DNA of 64,000 nucleotides from assembly GCF_964355755.1 (NCBI RefSeq), contig NC_092675.1, positions 26,198,912 through 26,262,911 on the forward strand, given 5' to 3'. The stretch is from Antedon mediterranea (taxonomy: Eukaryota > Animalia > Echinodermata). This document shows positions 52,401 to 64,000 of the stretch, one piece after another (position 1 is the stretch's first letter; the number at the start of each line of letters is the position of its first letter). The position numbers were made by a program, and so were the translations under genes. The notes below the pieces were generated by a model, which saw nothing but the letters and a program-made list of their open reading frames with translations, was not told the origin of the DNA and made no database searches.

Positions 52401-55400
52401 AATATCGTTCTTGCTTGTCTACTTTTACGTATTTTCTTATACAAACGTACATTACAATACTTTAATTATCTACATCAATATTTATTTAAAGTTAATCTAC
52501 TATTCTATTTGTCTATTAACATTATCACACAACAATTATAATTAAAAAAACTCAAAATAATTATATAGTGATTCTTTTAAATGCTTATATTACAGAATGT
52601 TCACCGGGTACATTTGGTGCAGATTGTGCTCAAACATGTCATTGTAAACGGGAGTGTTGTGATAGATATACAGGCCGATGCACTAGCATCGAAGACTCGT
52701 CTTGTGCATTCCCATGGACGGGATCTAACTGTCAAAGTAAGATTGTCAATAATATAGATATCGCATAATTACGATTTCTGTGTTTTTTTTTAATAAATTG
52801 ATGTTTCTCTCTAGGTTCCACACGTATGTGTTTTAAAAATCATTCCAAGATTTTGGTATTATCTCAAACATAAAGTACAGCGCCCAAATAATTAAAATAA
52901 TCAAATTGTACATTACTTACAATACTTTGAAATGATTTAATTAGAATGCCAGCCTCAACTTTACGGAGAAAACTGTGATATGGAATGCAAAGCTTGCAAC
53001 GAATGTCACAGACTGACTGGAAAATGCATCACTTGTGCACCGAATTATCTTGAACCCGACTGTGAAATTGGTAAGATTTTGTCAGCAGACATTGTGAACT
53101 TGTCAGACAGTAATATTTTAATTGATTTATAACCATGCAATGATATACTTTTGTAATATCTAAAGGAATCATCAATACCACATTTACATCAGCAAATAAC
53201 GGCCAGAGTACAACTTCAACATGTAAAGTCTACCAAACCGGTGCTTATGAAGTTCAGACAATGATTATCATGATGAATAATGGCGTCACTGAAAACTTTA
53301 CAACATCGTTGGAAGCAAAGCAAGATGGTCAGAATATAATTATATATACATTTTCTGTGACAGCTGATGTTGATTCGACATACAAGTGTGTAATCTCGCA
53401 TGAAGGTGTTCTAGCTCAGAGTGTAATCATACCAGAAATAATGGGTTTGTCAGATTTATTCTGTCTTTATTCATAGTACCGAATAAAAGATTAGCAATTG
53501 TTTTACATTCTTATTATTTTTATTATTTTTTTACTAATTTTACTGATATCTGACTATTTGCTTTAACAGTGTATGACCATACTACATATTTTAAGAGATA
53601 GTTTTTACTTTAGGAAATTTACATGTCTAAACCAGTAAATAAACTAGATATCATCTTATTCATTTGTTAAATTATCTATTACAGAAATGAGTTTTACTAA
53701 CATTTATAAATGTATTGATTATGTTTTAATAAACAAACTAATGAGAGGGAAGTCTTCATTTGACGTTCGATCTTTGTTTGATCAGAATTATGATGACCTC
53801 ATAAATATCGAATCATTACTTCCCTCTCAGTTTAGCATTTTTTAAATAATCTTATTATATTTTATACTATACAAACTTCAAACTGTTTATACTTTTTGAA
53901 ATCAATATAGATTAATAACTTTTTGTAAAAATTTCAACCTACACTTATAAATACTGCTCATTTTCATTTTTACATTTCTGTATTTTTACAAGAGCATTAA
54001 TACGAATCGTTTGATATAGCTTAATCATTATACATTTTAAGGTTATCTACATTGTATACATTTAAGTAATAATGTTTTCTTCAAAAGGTTTACCTTTCTA
54101 CACCGGAAGTCTGGCTATACTTAATATCACACGTTCCTCCATTTCAATTGAGTGGACGGCATGGAAAACTAATAGACCCACTGACGACAGAGATGGTCCA
54201 GTTGTTGGATACTTTTTATATCACAAACTTATAAATAATGAAGATTGGAAGAAAGAATATTTGAACGTGTCGTCAGGCACTGTTACTGGACTGAAGTGGG
54301 ATACAGAGTACTCGTTTGCTGTTTCAGCTGTGAGAGCTGGTGAAGGAGGCGAAGGACCAATTGGGGAAAAAGAACTCCTAACAAAAACTCTATGCGGAAG
54401 TAAATATATGTTGTTACTATAGGCCTACAGCAATGATAGCAATTAATTTGGTCTTTGATTTAAACAGTTCCTAGAGTTAGTTCAAAGGCTGCATTTTTAT
54501 TACCGTTAAATTTATAAATCTATAAGTATTTATATAACAATGTAGGGTGGTAATAGCATATTCAAAATCTGGTATACGTTTCTGAAAAAATAAATTTGGG
54601 TGACTTAGTACGTAGTCATTTTGTTGCCAATACTCTATGCTTTTTTCCATGATTGTATTTTCACAGTTCCTTTACCAGTTCAGACCGTAGAACACCAGCT
54701 TTTAACAAACGGAAATGTCAAAGTTTCATGGAGAGTATGTGTAAACAGGAATATTATTTTAAGGCCTTTAGCTCTACACAATCCTATAAAAACAAATAAC
54801 CTTTAAATAAAATTAAATAAATATTTTCAAAATAAATGTTAAACTTGGAGTTCATTTTTCTGTTTTAATTTTAGAGAAACCTGGATGTCGAGTCATTGAA
54901 ATGTTCCAGTAATACATTAATCTATAACATTTACCTAAAGGTGATCAACAATAAAGGATATCGAGAGGATGTTTACCACACCATTAAGAATCAACTTACT
55001 ATCGATAATATTGGAGTTGCAGACAGTTACGTCATTTATGTCACGATCTCTAATAAAGACAGTGAGAGTATTTCTGTTAGGAGTTCAATTGAACAAGACA
55101 TTGGTAGGTGGATTAGGTTAAATTCTACAGTGTTACTTTATTTTATAAGCAGACGCCTCAGGCAGGTAGAAATTCCACTATCAACAATTGCAATAATTGT
55201 CTCTATGTCAAACTTCAATCGATTTTATTTCAGGAAGTGCTAATTCATCCATTTCCGTTGCGATAATTGGTGGCGCTGTTGCAGCTGGTGTGTTTATTGG
55301 TATTGTATTTACCATTATGATAACACAATGGTAAGTTCAAGTTCAAATTATGTTGTAAACTATTATGTTAGGTTGTTATGTTTATACCGATTACAAGTAG

Positions 55401-56495
55401 ACCTAAATGAATGTAAAGTAGTCCAATGATATTTCTTAATATTCATTCGTCAGTGGAAAATTACTTCTATTTATTGTCATTTGCATATAAGATATACTTA
55501 CATACAATTAAATTAACTAAAACGATAGATATGTGACATTGATATAAAACAAACATTTAATTGGCGTTTCTCACACGAATATAACAAAGTTTTGTCTTTT
55601 TTTAAACATTTTGTCTAAATCTAAGTCAAATTCACGTATTATTATCAACAATATGATCTATAAAATATAGCTTAAGTTCCCATTATAGAAAACCAATTTG
55701 TTATGCGTCATTATAAGTTCATTATCAAGTTTATGAACGTTAATTTTACTTTGTGTTTGTTTCAAAGTAAACAAAAACTACGTAAGAATGTAACCAAGCA
55801 TGATAACCATGAGTCGAATGGTCAAAATGTTTACAAGAACTATGCAACCAGTGATGAACACGTTTACCAAGATTTTGAATCAAATGAGAAGGTTTACCAG
55901 AATTCTGCAACAACTAACGAATCCGTATCACGGTAAATAATAAATGTGCTTTGTTATTTTGTCAAATGCATTATTTAACAGATAGTTAGTCGGAGTTAAT
56001 GCATAATTATAATAGCATCATTTTTTATTTTGTTTTTTTGTATCATTGTGTTTAAATAATGGTTGATTTTCCCCTCATTGAATATTTGTTGTACATGCTA
56101 ATGAATTTTACATTGATGTAGATCATTTCTTTCTTATCATTTCAATTATCTCGTAATGATATTATACTTGCTGGTTTCAGCAGAGCAAAACTACACATAA
56201 ATGCGAGTAAATCTGCCGATGAAATGTCAGTCGAGTTCCACGTTTATCAAAATTATGAAATTAAGGATAACGATTCAGGAAATCCCTCATGGTAAGAAAT
56301 TAATTTGACACAATGGTAATACAAAACAACAGCTTCTAGAGACAGTAACAATTTCTAGCTACTGAATTAATCCAAATGATATATTCAAAATTATTGTTTA
56401 CATTAAGGTAATATTTGTTGTTTTATATTTTCAGCAATTTTGAAAATGGTGACGAACCACGTGATCATTCTTACGAATCTGTTGTTTTGAATTAG
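49478..56495 (+). pseudogene. G6: TIE-like receptor gene with a +1 frameshift in the EGF2 exon and an expanded Tyr tail
   Basis: Exons 49478-49526, 49760-50044, 50721-50972, 51420-51554, 52165-52315 (151 nt versus 150, TAA at 52215), 52596-52736, 52945-53070, 53166-53444, 54088-54399, 54667-54734, 54875-55103, TM 55234-55330, 55768-55932, 56181-56291, 56435-56495. The sum without EGF2 (2310 nt) is in frame. The single-base lesion could be a sequencing error. Confidence 0.72.
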
Positions 56496-58224
56496 TTCAA
56501 AGTGACAATTTAAATTACATTGAGGGTGTAATTAATTTTACGGTAGACGTATTATTCTGAATTAGAAATATTAATTTACTGAGACTAGTCTACTATGTCG
56601 GTGGCTAATTAGCGGTGTATTAATAGAAAATAAACAAACATACAATATATTTATAATTAAACAAATACCCAGAATATAATTGTTCTATGGAATACACAGA
56701 AATAATAAAGTTAATACATACATTATTTAGACATTACATTTATTAGAACGGACCAGCAAATGGAGAGCCAACCTCCATTGAGGTGGGGGAAAAAACAGAC
56801 TAATTGGTATGTCCAAAATAAGTAAGTAAATGTATATAAGAATAAGTTTAGAAAAAGTATATAATCTGTTTATGTTTGAGTTTATAAGTTAATGTTTCAA
56901 GAATAAGATTTTGAGAATCAGAATTTTTGGTTTGGAATCATCGGTTTTTCTATAAAGTCATTACTGTGTTTGTAGATGCTGTTGTTGTCTTTAATCATTT
57001 TGTTACTTTATAATTCAGATGTATAACAAGTCATTCTGAGGCTTAGGCGATTTTATTATCTCCTTTCTAGATCTTTACTGGATCCACTCTCTGTGAAAAA
57101 TTTTCATTCAATAATAATAATTATGATAATACATAATATGTTCGTTTAAGTTTATATAGTTTTTAGCCAAAAACAGAACCAATTTACTACTGAAAAATAA
57201 AGCCAACCTAGTGTCGCCAGAATAACTTATATTCAAGTGCGTTTTTTTAAATGTTGACGTTAAGATTCGGTTAGCTATGTAACACCCGGTTGACAATACG
57301 AACAAGCATCTACCATGATAAAGAACATCACTATATACGGAGTCGTTCACGTGTGCTATGCATTGTACTTCTAATCATTTGAATGGAACATTGAGCCGTT
57401 GGTTCCGTACGCAGAATTCACACGCGATAACAAAATAGTTACAATATTACAATAGCAGAGTTTTGATCTCAGTAGGCGTATTTGAAATGGAGGATTTTCG
57501 GATGTAATGCCAATTTTTGAAATCCCAAGTTTATTGGCAAGTTTTATTGTATCTAACTGTCTATGTATATCTATTGTACTATTGTTATTTTGCTCTTCTG
57601 TGATTTCTTACATTGTTATTCATATTAAAACCATCATGTTTTTCATTTACTGTTTCATTCCACTTGTATTTACACAACGAGCGAGTTTGATTTTCGTCTG
57701 AAGTTTAATATCAATTATGTAAGTACTCTTATTTTAAAGAATTTCATGTATTCATGTCCAACCGCCACTGGTTTAGATAAGAATAATATTCTGAAAATAT
57801 TAATGTTTTATTACTATCTGGAATGATTACAGAGATGAAAATATAGAATGGTTTTATATTTCACCATGAATAGGTGCTAGAAACCAAAAATTAAATTAAT
57901 ATTAATAATAACTAGAAATTGTGTAAGATACTGTCAGTCTCAGGTGTGGCCACGAAGTAAAAATATGTCCTAATTAGCTACGAAATGTTTTTGTATGTAT
58001 GTTATTATTTTAACTAAACACAGCAATGACAAGAAATATCTTGTATTTTAGAAAACTATGATTGGTAGGCCTACAGTTCTACTCTTGTTTCAACTTATTT
58101 TGTCCTGCTTTGGTAAGTCAAAGTTTAAAAATAATTCATGCAGATATAAAAAAAATATACAATATTATTTTCTTGTTCCAGATATCTGCATATTTTTACA
58201 GTCTGAAGATATATGAAGACTATA

Positions 58225-58823
58225 CACAGCAAAATTCTGATTCTTGTTTTAAGAAAAAAAAAACTTGTTTCAAGCAAAATATTTCTTGAAACAAGTAAAT
58301 TTTGCCTTGTCCGTATTTCAATACTTTTTTGTTTACCAAGAATCGTAAAATTCTTAACAAGAATCACACAAATTCTTATCAAGAAAATTATTCTTATCAA
58401 AAAATAATACTTTAAGAACAATATTCTTACCAAGATTTAAATTGTTTTTTTCATTCTTGTTTTAAGCAGTATCTGCCTTAAATTAAGTAACAATTTATCG
58501 ATTTTTAAAAATAGAATTCTTGTTTCAAGCAATATTTTTCTTAAAATAAGTAAGAATATTCCGATTTGTATTTTTTTTGAATTCTTGTTTCAAGGAAGAT
58601 ATTTCTTAAAATAAGTAAGAATATTCCGATTTGTATTTTATAGAATTCTTGTTTCAAGCAATATATTTCTTAAAATAAGTAAGAATATTCCGATTTGTAT
58701 TTTTTTGAATTCTTGTTTCAAGCAAGATATTTCTTAAAATAAGTAAGAATATTCCGATTTGTATTTTATAGAATTCTTGTTTCAAGCAATATATTTCTTA
58801 AAATAAGTAAGAATATTCCGATT
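58225..58823. mobile_element. One-ended DNA-transposon-like insertion with internal repeats, possibly EnSpm/CMC-type non-autonomous
   Basis: It begins CACAGCAAAATTC and has many TTCTTGTTTYAAG/CTTGAAACAAG sub-repeats in both orientations. It ends in the 64-bp array, which abuts a truncated exon. No second terminus is visible. Confidence 0.5.
58514..58823. repeat. 64-bp minisatellite, about 4.8 copies, with alternating unit variants
   Basis: GAATTCTTGTTTCAAG starts at 58514, 58579, 58643, 58707 and 58771. Confidence 0.92.
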
Positions 58824-61800
58824 TTTATGGAGAAAATTGTGATATGGAATGCAAAGCCTGCAACGAATGTCACAGACTAACTGGAAAATGCATCACGTGT
58901 GCAACGAATTATCTTGAACCCGACTGGGAAATTCTTTTCTTTCATTCTTTATTGTGAACTTTAGTCCGAGAGTGAAATAAACAGTAATGTTTAATTGATT
59001 TATAACCATGCAATGCATTTTTATGCATTTTTAATTCAAAGGAATCATCAATACCACAGTTACAAAAGCCAATAACGGCCAGAGAGTACAACTTCATCAT
59101 GTAAAGTCTACCAAAGTAAGACTGAATTGCTTCCTTTCCTTTACACTCTTATAACAATAGACTGATCGAGAGAGTAACATTTTAATTTTTACATTATTGT
59201 GATGTTATATTAAGACAGTCTTTTTCATGAGAATGACCAATGAGTTACATCTTAATTTTGTAGAATGCCAACCTAACTTGTACGGAGAAAACTGTGAAGT
59301 TGAATGCAATAAACCATGCGAGTGCCACAGAACTGACAGATGCATAAAAGGGACGTGTTTTTCCAATTGGCTTGAACCTGATTGTAATAATGGTGAGTAA
59401 AATGTTCAATGAAAATGGTAACATATTTTGGTTTTTAAGTAATTAATTTGTTATTCAACCGTTAATTAATTATATATAGTAAGTAGTGCGGCTCTAACTA
59501 TGTTATATTTTATATATACGTAGAAACAATAGACACAAAATATTGTGAAACATACATTTTCTGTCATAGCTGATGTTGATGCGACATACACGTGTGTAAT
59601 ATTGCAAAAAGGTATATCAGCTCAGAGTGTCATCTCTGAAGAAATATTTGGTAAATAGAATCATACTTTTTAAGGCTTCGTCATCTAAACAATTAAATTA
59701 CATTTAAAATGTCATCCATATTGTTTTCAATTTTTCTATTAGACTGCGTTAATTAATGGGGTGTATTACATCTAGTCCTAATCTATAAACAAATCCCATA
59801 TTTTTAAAAACAAAGTTAAACCATTTCAAGAGGAATTAAAACATGTTCTGAAAATATATTGCGTGAATTATATTATATTGTTTTAATGATTTGTATATTA
59901 TTTGCAGATGACCCTAATAGCCGTAATCACTTTTTCCATTAAAGATTTCTAGGTTGATACTAATTTTATTAGAGTATAATTTTGTACAGAATTAAAACAC
60001 TTCGTGATTAAAATTAGCTTACAACCTTAGTATTCCTGTGTTTTTCTGACATTTTACTTATATTTATTATTCTTTCAAACAGTATTCTTTAACAATTTCA
60101 GAATGTGAAGATGGATCAAATTCTGGTGGCATAGTTGCTGGTACTTTGATAGCAGGTGTGTTTATTGGTGTTCTAATTACTATCATGGTAACACTAGGTT
60201 AAGTTATAATAAATATGTATACATTTTGGCACTTCTGCTTTTCGCACCCGCTTGGTATTTCCACTACAAATTACAAACTAACTTTATCGTGGACCTCATA
60301 AGATACATTTTATGAGACTTCATGAAGTTCTTATGGTGCCAAATTCTGGTGTGCTATCCAAAGTTAGTTACCACATTTTGAGTCGAAATACAAGGTGGTT
60401 ACGAAACAACTGTTAAGATATATTACCTCACTCACAAAATCATAAATATGTTTTGGTATTTCGAAGGTTCGTATTACTTTTGAAAAAGACATTTCATACA
60501 TTTTATATCATACATCAATATTGGTTTTAGTTGATACAAACCAGGGAAGTGTACCTTTACCTGCATCAAGTAATTATTTTATGTTATTTATTTCAGAATA
60601 GTAGGCCTAATTTATTTCTTAAATTGTTGTCTTCAATTAATTCTGACAGACCATGTATTGCTGATTTTAAGTGAGATTTCGCTCTATGAATATTATTATT
60701 ACCGGTAATGAATGGTACAAATATGTATCATGCCTATTAATACTAATACTTAAAAGGAGGTATGCTATATCATGTCTTTGTGAAGAATATCAAAGCAATT
60801 GTATTGAATGTAGCAATACACTTTTAGATAATCCCTCGCCATTTAAATAGTGTGTGGTTTGAGTTGCCTTAATAATAGAGGAACGATGGTAAAACATATC
60901 TACAAACGTCAGTAGGATACCATCCAGGGTATTTGATTCATATGAATATATCATGAAATTGTTAATTTCACCATAGAAAGGACCAAATGAATGGTTTAGT
61001 ATAATCTGGATTTAGACTGTCAACCTACATTTCTGCAAGTCATGAATTAGTAGTATAAACAAAAATCTCATCAGTTGTTTGTGAAATTATAGTTTAAAGA
61101 ATGTGTGGCAGGGCAATGATAATGTCTCTCGGAGGACTGAGATATGTAAATACTTATAAAATACATTAGGCGATAAAATAACAGGTCAAATACATATTTT
61201 AGTCAATCAAACCGATTATAAATATAAATATGACTTTCAAAATGAATTGACGTCAATTCAACTAATAATATGTTTTGCGTTTTTGTTTTAAAGCAAACAA
61301 AGACTAGGTAAGAATAGAAGGAAATCTGATAAAGATATGTCAAATTTTCAACACGTTTACAAGAATTCTACAATTTACGGTTCTTCTCCTTCATGGTAAA
61401 AGTCTCTTCTTTTGTTTTATTAAGTCAAATGATGATTTTGAGATGAAATAAAACACAATTAAACACGCGTATTTACAATATTCTATATATATAATCATCT
61501 AAGGATTGAGAAAGAATGAATATTTTGTCTTATTTTTCTTCATCCGTTTCTTATACTGTATTTCGATTTTTGTGGAGCATTTTTACAAACTATGCTAATT
61601 TGTATATGCTTTTGTTGAAAACAATTTAAAACAATTATTAGATTATAGACATTCTCAACCAGATTTTATTTCCTTTTGAAACACATGGTGTACAGCAAGC
61701 CTACTGTAACTTGGTGTTTATTAACCATGCAGAATGAACAGTTTTATTCAGTTTAGTACAGATTAATTAATTTCTTTCAAAGCAAAATGAATCAACGAAC

Positions 61801-64000
61801 GAGTAAATCTAATGAGACCGTAACAAACAAGCCAGACGCGTATCAAGATTATAAAAAGGGTAAAGAATCCGATTACTCTTCGAGGTAAATGTCATTTTAA
61901 ATGTAAACTTTTTCTAATTATTAATAACATTTGTTATTTTACCAAATCAACAATGATGATAATAAAAAAAAATTAGACATTAAATATTTAATATTGAAAA
62001 AAAAATGAATAAAACATACATTGGTTTCAAATTGTTTGTTATTATATTATTTCAACGTTCACATGGATGTAATGTTTACTTACAATATTTATTTCATTTC
62101 AGGAAAAACCCAAATCAAGAAAGTATTTACGAATTACCTGATGAAAATGCTTATGATTATAGTTATGAAAATTAGTTGAAAGTAAAAATCATAGGATATC
62201 GCGGGTGTATAATCTAGGACATTGAGCTTCAAATAGCAACGTTTTAATTATCTAACACAGTTAGCTGAATTTCAACCGCTCAACTGGCTCGCTTTAAAGT
62301 AAACACTTAGGCCTAGCGAGAAGGAAACTGATAGAAAGCCTGGAAAAAAATACACTTTTCAAAATCAGATGCAAACCTTTCAAAGTATACTCGAATTACA
62401 TTAAGTAGAATAAACACTATAACAACGTGCACATAGCTTATAGTTCCTGGTAAATTACCGGCTGTAAAAGAAAGTTTGTTTCCTACCTTACACTGATACG
62501 AATACATTTTAAGTCCCATTCACTACGTTTTTAGATCTAATTTAAGGTCACAAACTACATTTAATGTAAAATAAATACCATATGGTCCTACTTGAGATAA
62601 CTTTTTTCGTCTTTAAATGGTTAAATATGCAAAAAATAAGGCGATTCTAATCATTTTAGCGGCCCGCTATAAATCCCAACATACATTGTAGGCGGATAGA
62701 TATTTTTGTTTTTCTTCTGTAATTCACTCACTTTTCGATCGATCGTGAGGCCCAATATACAAATGGAAGACTCCTTAGCGAAAATATTGGTTTTCCCCAA
62801 GTTGTATCATCGGAGTCTGGCAAAACAGAAAGATAATTAATGCAGCAACTATACAACGTCAGGATAGGCATAATATGCTAGCGTACCGATGTTCGTACGT
62901 TACCCATGTTTACCAGCTAGGCCTACAAAACTAAGCCTAGTTAGGCTAGGCCTAAAAACTGCCAACGCCGAGAGGTCATTCACCGTGACCTACTTAGGTA
63001 GTTAGTGCATTGTTTCTCTCTTCTTTATCATAATTTACCATAAAACGTACATTTCAGACAAGGAATGGTTTAATGTTTTAAAGTAATATATATGCAGTCT
63101 TTTTACATTTACAAAACGTCGACACAAGTGTAGGGAATGGGTCTTTAAATTCTTTTTAAACAGTTTTTGTATGGACATATCACCAATACTGTATTTTGTT
63201 TGAGTTATTTTACTTTATCCTGTTTTTTTTTTCAATGTTATTTTTATATAATAGGCCTCTATGTGCCATATTGAATATTATAATCAAACATATTATTGTA
63301 ACATAAAACTGTATTGAAAGTAATAATACTATTAAAAATATATATGCCTAGCTGAATATGAATCATTTGAGTATTAATATCCAATGTGCAAGGGAAATAT
63401 CCGTTAAACTTCCCTTGAAAAAAAGGCCGACATGCCAGACAGTGTAAACAACCTTCTTTATTGTGATTTTTTCCTGTTGAAAAGAAACCACGGCACGATA
63501 AACACTATATACTGTATTGTATACATTTCAATTGAATGATTCAACCAAAAACTATTAGGTGCTACTCATTCCATGTTTTAGACGTAAGTCGGAATAAGGT
63601 TTTGATTTCGATCTGACGCTAAACTCGGTAAGTAGGCCTAAGCCTAACTGACATTTTTAAACATAATATACCGTATCTTCACAGATTTTCATTAGTATCA
63701 ACCTTATAGTAATATAATTTATAAGGTTTTAAATAATTACGTATATTAATTTACGCTCGCTTCGCTCGCGTACCATCTAGGTCGTGCCCACAGATGGTTC
63801 TCGAATACATAATAATTTCAGCGTTAAAAAACTGGCGATTTCAAATGTACGTACCGCAGGACAATAATACATGTCGTGTACAGGAACGAATAAATAGACA
63901 CTGTGATTTATGTACTCAACTAAAATTAGCACCCTATTACTTCCGAAAGAGAAACTTGTCACAAAATAAGACCAATTGTTTAAGTCAAATTTAAACAAAC

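Larger units (their letters stand above)
58058..62175 (+). pseudogene. G7: rearranged, chimeric remnant of at least two family members
   Basis: Signal exon 58058-58112; 5'-truncated EGF4 58824-58933; Ig3 5' fragment 59042-59115; intact EGF4 59264-59392; Ig3 3' fragment about 59524-59650; TM 60102-60198 with the homologous donor GT changed to TT; open tail exons 61294-61395, 61783-61884 and 62103-62175 (SIYELPDENAYDYSYEN*). No Ig1, Ig2, EGF1-3 or FN3 exons. Confidence 0.8.

Noticed and set aside
58514-58823. Regularly spaced repeats resembling a CRISPR array
   Set aside because: The units are contiguous with no unique spacers, there are no cas genes, and the context is eukaryotic. It is a minisatellite.
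188-62175. Assigning the gene symbol TIE1 or TEK
   Set aside because: Only the ectodomain is homologous. No kinase motifs (GxGxxG, HRDLAARN, DFG) were seen and the genes are multi-copy, so orthology cannot be claimed.
62850-64000. Possible promoter or first exon of a following gene, and a repeat starting CGCTCGCTTCGCTCGC near 63755
   Set aside because: No family-type signal exon or convincing coding sequence appears before the window ends, so the evidence is insufficient.

Overview
This is AT-rich, intron-containing animal genomic DNA. The frequent TAGGCCTA words suggest an echinoderm, but that is an inference. Almost the whole window is a + strand tandem array of at least 7 paralogous multi-exon genes, here called G1-G7. 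Each encodes a single-pass receptor with a TIE1/TIE2-type ectodomain (signal peptide, Ig1, Cys-less Ig2, 3-5 EGF modules, Ig3, 1-2 FN3). In place of the tyrosine kinase there is a short cytoplasmic tail of roughly 70-110 aa, built from 2-3 small exons carrying tyrosine motifs (HVYQNY/HVYQDY, VYxLP, terminal YVN). G1 is cut off at its 5' end by the window. G2, G3 and G4 assemble into intact frames. G5 and G6 each carry one frameshift in an otherwise symmetric exon. G7 is a rearranged remnant of at least two genes. The paralogs differ in Ig1 loop sequence, domain count and tail motif content, and show mosaicism and exon-fragment duplications, the pattern expected of a fast-evolving, probably immune, receptor cluster. 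Introns and spacers hold a 4-kb foldback element, Helentron-type non-autonomous elements, Penelope and LINE fragments and a 64-bp minisatellite. Exon coordinates were read by hand from GT/AG sites and paralog comparison and may be off by a few bases.
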